Origin: Polyangiaceae bacterium
Lineage (GTDB): Bacteria; Desulfobacterota; Binatia; UTPRO1
Direction: 5' to 3'
DNA length: 64,000 nucleotides
Assembly (NCBI GenBank): GCA_031400185.1
Contig: JANNPN010000182.1
Span: 5,895-69,894 of the forward strand
The position numbers were made by a program, and so were the translations under genes. The notes under the pieces are model-generated. The model ran no database searches. It was not told where the DNA came from and saw only the letters and a list, made by a program, of their open reading frames with translations. Of the stretch, positions 16,796 through 26,411 are shown piece by piece; within the stretch, counting starts at the first letter, position 1, and every line of letters begins with the position of its first letter.

Positions 16796-17965
16796 ATCGA
16801 CGGTGAAGCGCGTGCCGCTCCCGACGGTACTCGCGACGCTCACCTCGCCGCCGAGCGTTTCGCAGAAGCGCTTCACGATGTAGAGCCCGAGCCCCGACCC
16901 GGTGCGACCGCGGCTGCCCGTGCGGAACGGAGCGAAGACGTGCGGCAAGTCTTCGGCCGCGATTCCCGTCCCGGTGTCCGAGACCTGCAGGCGGATGCGA
17001 CGGTCGTGCGGGGTTGCCGTCACCGTGACCTCGCCGCTCTCAGTGTGGCGGAGCGCGTTGTCGATCAGATTTTGCAACACCTGCCGGACCCGGAAACGAT
17101 CGCTCCGAAACGGGGGTGTTGCGGGATCGGCGTGCCAGGTGAGCGCGACGTGCTGACCGGCGCGATGGGCGAGCGAGCCCGTACAGAGCTCGTGCATGAC
17201 CTCGCCGGCCGTGAACGGCTCGACGATCTGTTGGTCGGCCTGACGCTCGATCCGCACCAGATCGAGCGCGCCTGCGAGCACGTCGTAGAGCTCGCGCGCA
17301 TGGCGCTCGATCGTCGTCAGCACTTCGCGCTGTTCGCCGGTGCAGGGGCCGTAGGTGTCGTCGATCAGGAGCTGCGTGTAGCCGAGCATCACGTTGAGCG
17401 GCTGCCGCAGGTCGTGCGAGAGCGAGGCGAGGATCTCGGCGGGCCCGGACTGGCTCGCCGCGTCGACGTGCCGTTTGTGCGCGTGCCGCAGCGCCACCGC
17501 CGCGAGCGACGCAGCGTACCGGGCGAGCCCGACGTGCTCGAGCCCGAACGCCGCACCGATCCATGGGCGGAGCTGCATCGCGAGGGGCGCGGCGTCGGCG
17601 TCGATCGGGAGCGTCAGCATCGCCGAATCGTGCATGGCGTCGCCGAGCGTCGGACGGTGCTCCGCGAGGGCGCGGCGCACGAGGGCGTCGTCACCGGCCG
17701 CGAACGGGATGCCGTAGGCGCCGCGCGTGACGAGCGTGTCGTCGCTCCGCATCTCGACGAGCCGCGCACCCGAGGCACCGAGCACGAGCGCGGTGCTTTG
17801 GCAGAGGCGGTCGGCGAGCGACGCGTCGTCGGGCGGCGCCACCAGCAGACGCTCCTGCACCTGCAGGAGCTGCTCCAGGCGGGTCGGATCGACGGGGAAG
17901 ATCGGCTCGGTGCTCACGGCGTCGACGTTGCGGACGACGGCACGCCTTCCGCTAGGTGTCGGCAC
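16769..17965 (-). CDS. sensor histidine kinase (N-terminal GAF-like sensor, HisKA, HATPase_c)
   Basis: The H-box is LSHDLRQPLNVMLGY. The N, G1 and G2 boxes are QVLQNLIDNALRHT, DTGTGI and GSGLGLYIV. No response regulator is adjacent. Confidence 0.8.
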   Translation of the reverse strand: MPTPSGRRAVVRNVDAVSTEPIFPVDPTRLEQLLQVQERLLVAPPDDASLADRLCQSTALVLGASGARLVEMRSDDTLVTRGAYGIPFAAGDDALVRRALAEHRPTLGDAMHDSAMLTLPIDADAAPLAMQLRPWIGAAFGLEHVGLARYAASLAAVALRHAHKRHVDAASQSGPAEILASLSHDLRQPLNVMLGYTQLLIDDTYGPCTGEQREVLTTIERHARELYDVLAGALDLVRIERQADQQIVEPFTAGEVMHELCTGSLAHRAGQHVALTWHADPATPPFRSDRFRVRQVLQNLIDNALRHTESGEVTVTATPHDRRIRLQVSDTGTGIAAEDLPHVFAPFRTGSRGRTGSGLGLYIVKRFCETLGGEVSVASTVGSGTRFTVDLPPQSPAR

Positions 17966-18042
17966 TCTAACGTCGGCGCTCTTCGAGGGTCAAGGGAAGT
18001 TGCGCATATCGGTGCCGATCGACTGGTCGCTCGAGGTCGCGT

Positions 18043-19092
18043 GTGGCAGGATGCCGCGTTCCCAATGCACGCCTTTCTGCACATCGTGGGTCGCGCGGGA
18101 GCACCGTGGTGATCGCCGCGCGTCCGCTTCCGGCGTCCGCGGCGCCCGCGGCCGCAGTCACGATCACGGGGCTCACGCATTGCTACGGCGAGCGCCTCGC
18201 GCTCCGCGGGGTCGATCTGCAGATCGCCCGCGGCGAGATCTTCGGCGTGCTCGGGCCCAACGGAGGCGGGAAAACCACGCTCTTCAAGGTGCTGGCGACG
18301 CTCGTGGCGCCGCAGGCCGGCACGGTCGTGGTCTTCGACGAGGATGCCGGCCGGCATCCTGAGCGGGTCAGGCGGCGACTCGGGGTCGTGTTCCAGCACC
18401 CCGCGCTCGACGGCAAGCTCACCGTCGACGAGAACCTGCACTGCCATGCGGCTCTCTATGGCCTCAGCGCGGTCGAGGGGCGCGCGCGGGCGGCGGCGCT
18501 CCGCGAGCGGCTCGGGCTCGCCGATCGCGGCCGCGACTACGTGGAGACGCTCTCCGGCGGGCTTGCCCGTCGCGTCGAGCTCGCGAAGGGTCTGCTGCAC
18601 GCGCCGGATCTGCTCCTCCTCGACGAGCCGTCGACCGGGCTCGACCCGGGTGCGCGCCGCGACTTCTTCGAGTACCTCGTGCACCTCCGCGACCGCGAGG
18701 GCCTGACCGTGGTGCTCACGACGCACTACATGGAGGAGGCCGAGCGCTGCGACCGTATCGGCTTCATGCACCAGGGCGGCCTCGTCGCAGTCGGCACGCC
18801 CGCCGCGCTGAAGGCGGAGATCGGCGGTGACGTGGTCGTCGTCGACGCGCTGGAGCCCGAACGCCTGCGCGGCCGCATCCAGCAGCGCTTCGGCTGCGAG
18901 CCGCGGCTCGTCGACGGCGTCCTCCGGATCGAGCTGCCGCGCGGTCACGAGTTCGTCCGCGAGGTCGTGGAGGCGTTTCCCGGCGACATCCGCGCGGTGA
19001 CGTTCGGGAAGCCCACCCTCGAAGACGTCTTCGTGCACCTGACCGGCGAGCGCTTCTGGAGCGAAATGCCGTCGCCGGCGGAGCGAGCGTAG
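18043..19092 (+). CDS. ABC transporter ATP-binding protein
   Basis: Walker A is GPNGGGKTT, the signature is LSGGLARRVELAKGL and Walker B is LLLLDEP. The start may instead be the GTG near 18103. Confidence 0.8.
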   Translation: MAGCRVPNARLSAHRGSRGSTVVIAARPLPASAAPAAAVTITGLTHCYGERLALRGVDLQIARGEIFGVLGPNGGGKTTLFKVLATLVAPQAGTVVVFDEDAGRHPERVRRRLGVVFQHPALDGKLTVDENLHCHAALYGLSAVEGRARAAALRERLGLADRGRDYVETLSGGLARRVELAKGLLHAPDLLLLDEPSTGLDPGARRDFFEYLVHLRDREGLTVVLTTHYMEEAERCDRIGFMHQGGLVAVGTPAALKAEIGGDVVVVDALEPERLRGRIQQRFGCEPRLVDGVLRIELPRGHEFVREVVEAFPGDIRAVTFGKPTLEDVFVHLTGERFWSEMPSPAERA

Positions 19093-19096
19093 CGGC

Positions 19097-19870
19097 ATGG
19101 CGATGCGCGGCGTGGCAGCGCTCTGGTGGCGCGAGATCATCCGTTTCGTCCGGCAGCGGAGCCGGCTCGTCGGCGCGTTCGCGCAGCCGTTGCTCTTCTG
19201 GGTGCTTCTGGGAGCCGGATTCAGCGCGTCGCTGCGTCCGCCCGGCGCGCCGGAGGATCTCGGCACGATGGCGTACTTCTATCCCGGCATCATCGGCCTC
19301 GTGCTGCTCTTCACCGCGATCTTCGCGACGATCGCAGTCGTCGAGGATCGGAAGTCGGGGTTCCTCCAGGGCGTGCTCGTGTCGCCGATCTCACGGTCCG
19401 GCATCGTGCTCGGGCAGGCGCTCGGTGGGACGACGCTCGCGGTGCTGCAGGGGGTCTTGTTCCTCGCACTCGCGCCGCTCGTCGGGATCACGCTCACCCC
19501 GACGTCGGTCGTCGCGGTCGTCCTGGTGCTTGCGGCGGTCGCGTTCGCACTCACGTCCCTCGGGCTCGTGATCGCCTGGCGGATGGAATCGACGCAGGGC
19601 TTCCACGCGATCATGAACCTGATCCTGATGCCGATCTGGCTCCTCTCCGGCGCGTTTTTCCCGGCCTCGGGCGCGGCCGGCTGGCTCGGCTGGCTGATGC
19701 AGCTGAACCCGCTGACGTACGGCATGGCGGCGCTTCGCCACTGTCTCTACTTGGATGCGCCGGCCGCCGTCGGGCGCATCCCGCCCCTCGGGCCGTCGCT
19801 GGTCGTGACGCTGCTCTTCTGTGCCGTCACGTTCGCCGCTGCCACGGCGGTCGCGCGGCGCAGTCGCTGA
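19097..19870 (+). CDS. ABC-2 type transporter permease
   Basis: 257 aa with 6 predicted TM helices. It lies immediately downstream of the ATPase. Confidence 0.8.
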   Translation: MAMRGVAALWWREIIRFVRQRSRLVGAFAQPLLFWVLLGAGFSASLRPPGAPEDLGTMAYFYPGIIGLVLLFTAIFATIAVVEDRKSGFLQGVLVSPISRSGIVLGQALGGTTLAVLQGVLFLALAPLVGITLTPTSVVAVVLVLAAVAFALTSLGLVIAWRMESTQGFHAIMNLILMPIWLLSGAFFPASGAAGWLGWLMQLNPLTYGMAALRHCLYLDAPAAVGRIPPLGPSLVVTLLFCAVTFAAATAVARRSR

Positions 19871-19880
19871 CGCCGGCCGT

Positions 19881-20816
19881 CTACCAGGGTGCGGCGGCGA
19901 GCTTGTCCGCCGCCATGATCGCGAAGAGGCATGGCAGGTAGATCAGGCTCGCGAACATCACGCGGCGTGCGTCGGCGGTCTTTGCCGAACGTGCCAATCG
20001 GAGTGATGGTGCCAGCATGCCGAGCCCGAGCAGGATCGACGCCACGAAGTAGACGGGCCCCGCGAGCCCGAGCAGCGTCGGCACCATCCCGACGCTCACG
20101 AGTGCGAGCGAATAGGTGAGGATCTGGTGCGCTGTGCTGCGTCCGTCCGGGTCGACGACTGGCAGCAGGCGGAAGCCCGCGCGCGCGTAGTCGTCCCGGT
20201 ACATCTGGGCGATCGCGAGGGAATGCGGGATCTGCCAGACGAACATGATTGCGAAGACCGCCCACGCCGCCGCGTCGAGGCTTCCGCTCGCTCCCGCCCA
20301 GCCGGTGAGGGGAGGCAGCGCGCCGGGCACGGCGCCGATCAGCGTGCAGAGCGAGGTGCGCGTCTTCGCCGGCGTGTAGGCGAAGAGGTAGCTGACGCTC
20401 GTCGCTGCGGTGATGGCGGCGGCGAGCGCAGTGCTGCCCGCGAGCAATACCAGCAGCCCGAGGAGCGTGAGCGCGGCGCCAAACGCGAGCGCGTCCGCAG
20501 GTGCCACGCGGCCGTCCGGGAGCGGGCGCCGGCGCGTCCGCGTCATCTGCGCGTCGAGGTCGCGTTCGAGGTACTGGTTCAGCGTCATGGTGCCCGCGGC
20601 CGCGAGGCCCGTGCCGACCAGCGTCATCACGAGCCGGAGCCAGTCGAACGCCGCGACGCCGGCGCCGAGCGAGTAGCCGAAGAGCGTAGTCAGCACGACC
20701 ATGGCCACAATGCGCGGCTTCGTGAGCTCGACGAAGTCGGCGATGCGGCGCTGCGCGAGCGGCAGGACCTCGGTCGCGAGGCTGAGCTCCTCGGCGGGCT
20801 TCACGGCGGGCATCAT
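19881..20816 (-). CDS. ctaB: protoheme IX farnesyltransferase (heme O synthase)
   Basis: UbiA-superfamily motifs are present (NQYLERDLDAQMTRTRRRPLPDG). ATG at 20816 sits 14 nt downstream of the ctaA stop. The upstream Arg-rich extension of the ORF was discarded. Confidence 0.85.
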   Translation of the reverse strand: MMPAVKPAEELSLATEVLPLAQRRIADFVELTKPRIVAMVVLTTLFGYSLGAGVAAFDWLRLVMTLVGTGLAAAGTMTLNQYLERDLDAQMTRTRRRPLPDGRVAPADALAFGAALTLLGLLVLLAGSTALAAAITAATSVSYLFAYTPAKTRTSLCTLIGAVPGALPPLTGWAGASGSLDAAAWAVFAIMFVWQIPHSLAIAQMYRDDYARAGFRLLPVVDPDGRSTAHQILTYSLALVSVGMVPTLLGLAGPVYFVASILLGLGMLAPSLRLARSAKTADARRVMFASLIYLPCLFAIMAADKLAAAPW

Positions 20817-20832
20817 GTGGAGACCCGTTCCG

Positions 20833-21792
20833 TCATGCGGGCACCCGTTCCGTCGCGAGCACGGCGCGCGCCGCTCCGGCATCCGGCGCTTCGGCGCGAT
20901 GGGCGCGGAGCGCCAGCACGACGGTCGTCCCAAGGATCGCGGCGCCGCAGGCGACGTGCAGGGTCGTCGGCAGCACGGCCTTCTGCGTCCAGATGGTGAG
21001 CGCCCCGAGCGTCACTTGCGTGACGACGAGCGCCGCGGCGACGAGTGCAGGGCGGACGAGCGCGCGTTCGCGCCCATGCCCGCGGAGCGTGCGGACGATC
21101 GTCCATCCGATCACCGCCGTCACCACGACCGCGCCCAGGCGATGCAGGAAGTGGAGTGCGACTGCCGCCGAGTCGAAGGGCGGGACGATGCGTCCGAAGG
21201 CGAGCGGAAAGTCCGGAATCGCGAGCCCGGCTCCCGTGTGCCGCATGGTCGCCCCGAGGATGAGCTGGCAGTAGACGGTCGCCGCTGCCACGGCCGTGAG
21301 GCGTGCGTAGCCGGGATCGGCGGCCGGCCGCGCGGCGGGTGACCAATCGGGCCGGGTCATGACCGCGAGCGCGACCGTCAGGCAAAGAAACGCCTGCGCA
21401 AGGCACGCATGTGCCGACGAGATTGCGGGCGGAAGGAGGAAGATCACCGTGAGGCCGCCGAGCAGACCCTGCGCGATCACCGTCACGACGGCCACGAGTG
21501 CCAGGCGGCGGACGATCGCGTGGGTCTCGACGAGCCACGCGGCGATCGCGAACGCCACCGTCAGCGCGCCGACCGCCGCCGCCACCATGCGGTGTCCGTG
21601 CTCGTAGAACACGCCGCCGACCATGCGCGGGAAGAACTGCCCGAACGAGAGCGGCCAGTCGGGAACGGCGAGGCCCGAGCCGGTGCTGGTGACGAGACCG
21701 CCGACGAAGATCAGGAAGAGGGTCGCGCCCGCCAGGACGACGGCGAACCTGTGGAGGGTCTGCGACGAACGGCTCACAGCGGATGCCGGCAC
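20833..21792 (-). CDS. ctaA: heme A synthase (CtaA/COX15 family)
   Basis: LHRFAVVLAGATLFLIFVGGLVTSTGSGLAVPDWPLSFG, 8 TM helices and conserved His residues. The GTG start at 21792 is preferred because AGGTAA lies 7 nt upstream. An ATG at 21843 is the alternative. Confidence 0.8.
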   Translation of the reverse strand: MPASAVSRSSQTLHRFAVVLAGATLFLIFVGGLVTSTGSGLAVPDWPLSFGQFFPRMVGGVFYEHGHRMVAAAVGALTVAFAIAAWLVETHAIVRRLALVAVVTVIAQGLLGGLTVIFLLPPAISSAHACLAQAFLCLTVALAVMTRPDWSPAARPAADPGYARLTAVAAATVYCQLILGATMRHTGAGLAIPDFPLAFGRIVPPFDSAAVALHFLHRLGAVVVTAVIGWTIVRTLRGHGRERALVRPALVAAALVVTQVTLGALTIWTQKAVLPTTLHVACGAAILGTTVVLALRAHRAEAPDAGAARAVLATERVPA

Positions 21793-21799
21793 GCTGTCG

Positions 21800-22066
21800 T
21801 TACCTGCCGTTCTCGCAGGCAACCTGGGGCCGCGCTGCAGCAATCGCGCTCGCCGCCCGATGGCTCACGACCCCGAAGCCGAGCAGCAGGAGCACCGGCA
21901 CGAGCGCCCAGACGACCGCGCGCGCGCGGATGCCCCCCAGTGCGGGCCGCTGCTGCCGCGACAGCAATGCCTGCACGACGATCATGGCGATCGCGGAGCT
22001 CCAATAGAGCAGGAGAAACACTCCGCCATCGATCGAGCCGTTTTCCGGAAGCCACCAGCCGAGCAT
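21800..22066 (-). CDS. hypothetical small membrane protein (88 aa, 2 TM)
   Basis: High GC3 and two hydrophobic helices. The TAA stop lies 7 nt before the ctaA GTG start. The ORF is in the track but otherwise unexplained. Confidence 0.4.
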   Translation of the reverse strand: MLGWWLPENGSIDGGVFLLLYWSSAIAMIVVQALLSRQQRPALGGIRARAVVWALVPVLLLLGFGVVSHRAASAIAAARPQVACENGR

Positions 22067-22225
22067 TGTGATGTCTTTGGTGATGCCTTTTGGGGATGCC
22101 TCTAGGGTCGTACGCCGTGCGCGTGATCCGCGCGGGAGAATGGCGGGGTTCGGCGAATGCGGCTGTGTACCGAATTACCTTCGGCGTCGCAAGCTTGCGC
22201 GCGGTAGCCGGGCTTCTTCCGCGGA

Positions 22226-23098
22226 TCAGATGACCTTGTTGAGACTGTACTCGATGATCCCGACGGCACCCGCCTTCATGAGCTTCGGGATGAGCTCGCG
22301 AACGACGTCCTCGGCGATCACGCTCTCCACCGAGCACCAGTCCTTGCCGTAGAGATTCGAGACCGTGGGTGCGGTGATGCTCGGGAGCATGGCGACGATC
22401 GTGTCGAGGTGCTGTTTCGGGACGTTGAGCTTGAGCCCGACCTGCGTTTCCGCGCGCAGAGCGCCCGTCAGCAACAACCCGATCTGTTCGATCTTCTCGC
22501 GCTTCCATGGGTCGGCGAGCGCGTGCGCGTTGGCGATCAGCTGCGGATTCGAGCTGAAGAGCTCGTCGACGATGCGGAGCCCGTTCGCACGGAGCGTGCT
22601 GCCGGTCTCGGTCACCTCGACGATGGCGTCGACGAGGCCCTCCGCGGCCTTCGCCTCGGTAGCCCCCCACGAGAATTCGACGTCGACATCGATCCCGCGG
22701 TCCGTGAAGTAGCGCTTGGTGTAGTTCACGAGCTCGGTCGCGACCGTCTTGCCGCGGAGGTCTTCGGGCTTTTTCACCGGGGACGCGTCCGGCACGACCA
22801 ACACCCAACGCGTCGGGCGGATCGTCGCCTTCGAGTAGACGAGGTCGCAGATCACCTCGACCTTCGAGTCGTTCTCGAGGATCCAGTCGTGGCCGGTGAT
22901 GCCGGCGTCGAGCGTGCCCGCCTCGACGTACCGCGCCATCTCCTGCGCGCGGATGAGGTTGCAGCGGAGCGCGGGGTCGTCGACGGAAGGGAAGTAACTT
23001 CGCCCGCCCGAGCTGATCCGCCAGCCCGACTTGCGGAAAAGCTCGATGGTCGCTTCCTCGAGGCTGCCCTTCGGAATCCCGAGCTTCAGAATGCTCAT
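22226..23098 (-). CDS. hisG: ATP phosphoribosyltransferase, long form
   Basis: [15 protein letters not shown]...[13 protein letters not shown], with a C-terminal regulatory domain. The upstream ORF extension was discarded. Confidence 0.9.
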   Translation of the reverse strand: MSILKLGIPKGSLEEATIELFRKSGWRISSGGRSYFPSVDDPALRCNLIRAQEMARYVEAGTLDAGITGHDWILENDSKVEVICDLVYSKATIRPTRWVLVVPDASPVKKPEDLRGKTVATELVNYTKRYFTDRGIDVDVEFSWGATEAKAAEGLVDAIVEVTETGSTLRANGLRIVDELFSSNPQLIANAHALADPWKREKIEQIGLLLTGALRAETQVGLKLNVPKQHLDTIVAMLPSITAPTVSNLYGKDWCSVESVIAEDVVRELIPKLMKAGAVGIIEYSLNKVI

Positions 23099-23105
23099 TT
23101 CAAGC

Positions 23106-23483
23106 TCATTTCGCGTAGACCTTCGCGGGATCGAAGACGCGGGTCTCGACGACCTGCCAGCCCGCGCCGTCGCGGCGGCGAAAGAAGCAGCTCGGATAGC
23201 CCTCGTGGCAGGCGGCGCCCTCCTGCTCGACCTTGAGGAGCACGGTGTCGCCGTCACAGTCGACGTGGATGGCCGTCACCTTCTGGCGATGGCCGGAGGT
23301 CTCGCCCTTCACCCAGAACGTCTGCCGGGAGCGGCTCCAGTACGTCGCCCACCCGGTCGCCACCGTGCGGTCGAACGACTCCTGGTTCATGTAGGCGAGC
23401 ATCAGGACGGCGCCCGAGCCGGCGTCCTGGACGATGACGGGGACGAGGCCGTCCCCCTTGGCGAAATCGATGGTCGAGCTCAT
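23106..23483 (-). CDS. hisI: phosphoribosyl-AMP cyclohydrolase (monofunctional HisI)
   Basis: [16 protein letters not shown]...[19 protein letters not shown]...[12 protein letters not shown]. 125 aa. Confidence 0.85.
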   Translation of the reverse strand: MSSTIDFAKGDGLVPVIVQDAGSGAVLMLAYMNQESFDRTVATGWATYWSRSRQTFWVKGETSGHRQKVTAIHVDCDGDTVLLKVEQEGAACHEGYPSCFFRRRDGAGWQVVETRVFDPAKVYAK

Positions 23484-23577
23484 GAAGGCAAATCCGGAAC
23501 CGAGCGTCGTAACACAGGGCTCCTGCACCGGCAAATTCGCATGGGAGGCGGCTTGCGGGGCATGACGCTTCGGCCTA

Positions 23578-24627
23578 ATGCTCGCGACGATGACGCTCGC
23601 GGAGATCGCGGAACGCCTCGGCTGCGAGCTCCGGGGCGATGGCTCGATCGTCGTCAACGCCATTCGCGGTCTCGAGGAAGCGGGGCCGGGCGACCTCACG
23701 TTCCTCGCCAACCCCAAGTACGCCGCGCAGCTCGCGGCAACGCGCGCCTCCGCGGCGATCGTCGCCGCGAGCCAACCCGAGATAGCGATCGCGACCCTCC
23801 GCGCGGACAATCCCTATCTCTGTTTCGCGCGGGCGCTCGAGCTCTTTCACCGGCCGGTGGTTCCGCCGGTCGGCGTGCACCCGACGGCGGTCGTCGCGGC
23901 GAGCGCCCGCATCGCCGAGCCCGTTTCCATTGGCCCCTACGCGGTCGTCGGCGACGACGTGGTGATCGGTCCCGGAGCCACGATCCACCCACACGTGACG
24001 ATCTATGCCGGCGTGCAGATCGGCCGCGACTTCGTCGCGCACGCAGGCGTCGTCGTCCGCGAGTACGTACGGATCGGCGACCGCGTGGTGCTGCACGCGG
24101 GTGTCGTGATCGGCGCCGACGGGTTCGGGTTCGCGCCGAGCCCGACGGGCGCGGTCAAGATCCCGCAGGCCGGCATCGTGGTCGTCGAGGACGACGTCGA
24201 GATCGGCGCCAACACGACCGTCGATCGCGCCACGCTCGAGGCGACGACCATTCGCCGCGGCGCGAAGCTCGACAACCTCGTGATGGTCGCCCACAACTGC
24301 GAGGTCGGCGCGCACAGCTTCCTCGCAGCGCAGGTCGGGATCGCGGGTTCGACGAAGATCGGCCGCGGCGTGCAGATGGGCGGCCAGGCGGGCGCCGCCG
24401 GCCACCTGACGATCGGCGACGGGGTACAGATCGCGGGCCAGAGCGGGGTGCCGAACTCGATCCCGGCCGGCACGACCGTCGGCGGGTATCCCGCGATCGA
24501 GGTCGGGCTCTGGCGGCGCACGTCGGCCGCGCTGCTCCGGCTCCCGGAATTGTTGCGGCGGGTCCGGCGCTTGGAGCGCCGCCTCGGGCTCCGCCGGGAC
24601 GGGTCGGACGAGAGCGGGGCGAGCTGA
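23578..24627 (+). CDS. lpxD: UDP-3-O-(3-hydroxyacyl)glucosamine N-acyltransferase
   Basis: Left-handed beta-helix hexapeptide repeats with an LpxD N-terminal domain ([10 protein letters not shown]). ATG at 23590 is an alternative start. Confidence 0.9.
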   Translation: MLATMTLAEIAERLGCELRGDGSIVVNAIRGLEEAGPGDLTFLANPKYAAQLAATRASAAIVAASQPEIAIATLRADNPYLCFARALELFHRPVVPPVGVHPTAVVAASARIAEPVSIGPYAVVGDDVVIGPGATIHPHVTIYAGVQIGRDFVAHAGVVVREYVRIGDRVVLHAGVVIGADGFGFAPSPTGAVKIPQAGIVVVEDDVEIGANTTVDRATLEATTIRRGAKLDNLVMVAHNCEVGAHSFLAAQVGIAGSTKIGRGVQMGGQAGAAGHLTIGDGVQIAGQSGVPNSIPAGTTVGGYPAIEVGLWRRTSAALLRLPELLRRVRRLERRLGLRRDGSDESGAS

Positions 24628-24729
24628 GCGCGACGGCCACACGCTTGTCGCCGTCGGCTCGGGCCCGTATACCTTCCCCTCCGGGTTCGCATCCGCGTCC
24701 TCTTCGGGGCGCCGGCAGCTCTTTCGACG

Positions 24730-25263
24730 ATGAAGATCCAGCTGAACGACATCCTCGCGGTCGAAGATCAACTCGACTACGCCGAGCCAGTCGAGGCGCT
24801 GAACGCGACGCTCGCGAGCGCCAACCACGAGTACGAGTTTCGGGAACCACTGCAGGTTCGCGTGCGCTACTCCCGGTCGCAGATGGATCTGTTCTTCGAG
24901 GGCGAGGTGCGGGGGCGGGGGGTCGGGATCTGCGGCCGTTGCCTCGAGGAGTTCCCCCTGGACGTCGGGCAGGAGCTCTCGCTGGTGCTGACCCCGGCGA
25001 CTCGGCTCAGCGGCGAGATCGAGCTCGCGCCGGGCGATCTCACCCAGTCCTTCTACGAGGGCACCGAGATCGACCTCACCCCGCTCATGTACGAGCAGAT
25101 CATGCTCGCCTTGCCCACGCGGCCACTCTGTGGTGAAGAGTGCCGCGGGCTTTGCCCGCAGTGCGGGAGCAACCGTAACACCGGCCAATGTGCCTGTGTG
25201 GTCGACGCCGGCGATCCCCGCTGGTCCGCGCTCCGCAATCTCAAGATCGACCGCGACGCCTAG
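24730..25263 (+). CDS. yceD: YceD/DUF177 family protein (large-subunit rRNA accumulation protein)
   Basis: C-terminal CGEECRGLCPQCGSN...C.C motif. Its position immediately upstream of rpmF matches the conserved synteny. Confidence 0.85.
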   Translation: MKIQLNDILAVEDQLDYAEPVEALNATLASANHEYEFREPLQVRVRYSRSQMDLFFEGEVRGRGVGICGRCLEEFPLDVGQELSLVLTPATRLSGEIELAPGDLTQSFYEGTEIDLTPLMYEQIMLALPTRPLCGEECRGLCPQCGSNRNTGQCACVVDAGDPRWSALRNLKIDRDA

Positions 25264-25281
25264 CGCGCGGAGGAGGATTCC

Positions 25282-25464
25282 ATGGCAGTTCCGAAACGAC
25301 GGACGTCGACGACCAAGCGCAACAAGCGTCGTGCGCACGACGCGCTCCGGCCCGCGAGCTTCATCACCTGTCCCAATTGCAACGAGCCGATGCTGCGACA
25401 TCGCGCCTGTTCCCACTGCGGTGAGTACCGGGGCCGCAAGGTGCTCGACACCGCGGAGGCGTGA
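25282..25464 (+). CDS. rpmF: 50S ribosomal protein L32
   Basis: MAVPKRRTS..KRNKRRAH with a C-terminal Cys cluster. AGGAGG RBS. Confidence 0.95.
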   Translation: MAVPKRRTSTTKRNKRRAHDALRPASFITCPNCNEPMLRHRACSHCGEYRGRKVLDTAEA

Positions 25465-26411
25465 GTTCGTCGTCGGCCGCGACGCCGCCAACCCGGGACG
25501 TCGAGTCCAGCGGGGTGACGGCGCTCCTCTTCCCCGGCCAAGGGTCGCAGCGCGTCGGAATGGGCCAGCGCCTCGCCGCCGAGCACCCGGCGGCGCGCGC
25601 GGTGATGGAAGAGGCGGACGACGCGCTCGAGTACCCGCTCTCCCGGCTCTGCTGGGAAGGTTCGGAAGCCGACCTCACGCGCACGGAGTTCTGTCAGCCC
25701 GCGATCCTCGCGGTGAGCGTCGCCATGTGGCGCGCGCTCGGTGCGGCACGCGGGCTCGCGCCACGCTGGGTTGCCGGGCACAGCCTCGGGGAGTACACGG
25801 CCCTCGTCGTGGCCGACGCGCTCGCGTTTCGTGACGCGGTCCGCCTGGTGCGTCTCCGTGGCCGCTTCATGCAGGCGGCGGTGCCCGAGGGTATCGGGGC
25901 CATGGCGGCGATCGTCGGCCTCGACGACGCGCGGGTGACGGAGCTCTGCGCGGCCTTCGCGCACGGCGAGGTCGTGAGTCCCGCGAACTTCAACGGCGGC
26001 GGCCAGGTGGTCGTGGCGGGTCACCGCGGCGCGGTCGCGCGCGTGATGGACGCAGCGCGAGCGCTGCGTGGCCGCGTCGTGCCGCTCGCGGTGAGCGCCC
26101 CGTTCCACTGCGCGCTCATGGCGCCGGCGGCGGCCGAGCTCGAGGGTGTGCTCGCGACGGTCGCGATCGCAGACCCGACCATTCCGGTCGTGGGCAACGT
26201 CGACGCCGCGCCGAACACCGACGGCCGCCGCATCCGCGAGCTGCTCGTCACCCAGGTGACCGCGCCCGTCCGATGGGCCGAGTCGATGCTGCGTTTGCAG
26301 GCACTCGGCTGCGGGCGCGCGATCGAGGTCGGACCGGGACAGGTGCTGGCGAAGATTCTTCAGCGGATGAAGCTCGGCATCGCGACCAGCGGCATCGAGG
26401 AGCTCGCGTGA
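25461..26411 (+). CDS. fabD: malonyl-CoA:ACP transacylase
   Basis: LFPGQGSQ and the GHSLGEY active site. GTG at 25461 overlaps the rpmF stop. GTG near 25515 is an alternative start. Confidence 0.9.
   Translation: MSSSSAATPPTRDVESSGVTALLFPGQGSQRVGMGQRLAAEHPAARAVMEEADDALEYPLSRLCWEGSEADLTRTEFCQPAILAVSVAMWRALGAARGLAPRWVAGHSLGEYTALVVADALAFRDAVRLVRLRGRFMQAAVPEGIGAMAAIVGLDDARVTELCAAFAHGEVVSPANFNGGGQVVVAGHRGAVARVMDAARALRGRVVPLAVSAPFHCALMAPAAAELEGVLATVAIADPTIPVVGNVDAAPNTDGRRIRELLVTQVTAPVRWAESMLRLQALGCGRAIEVGPGQVLAKILQRMKLGIATSGIEELA

Noticed and set aside
16784-18112. 442-aa plus-strand ORF overlapping the histidine kinase
   Set aside because: It is an antisense, Arg-rich product. The minus-strand ORF carries complete HisKA and HATPase motifs.
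23031-25491. Very long ORFs (701 aa on the plus strand, 638 aa on the minus strand) spanning hisI, lpxD and yceD
   Set aside because: They are composition-driven open frames with Arg/Gly/Asp runs. They cross three well-supported genes on both strands.
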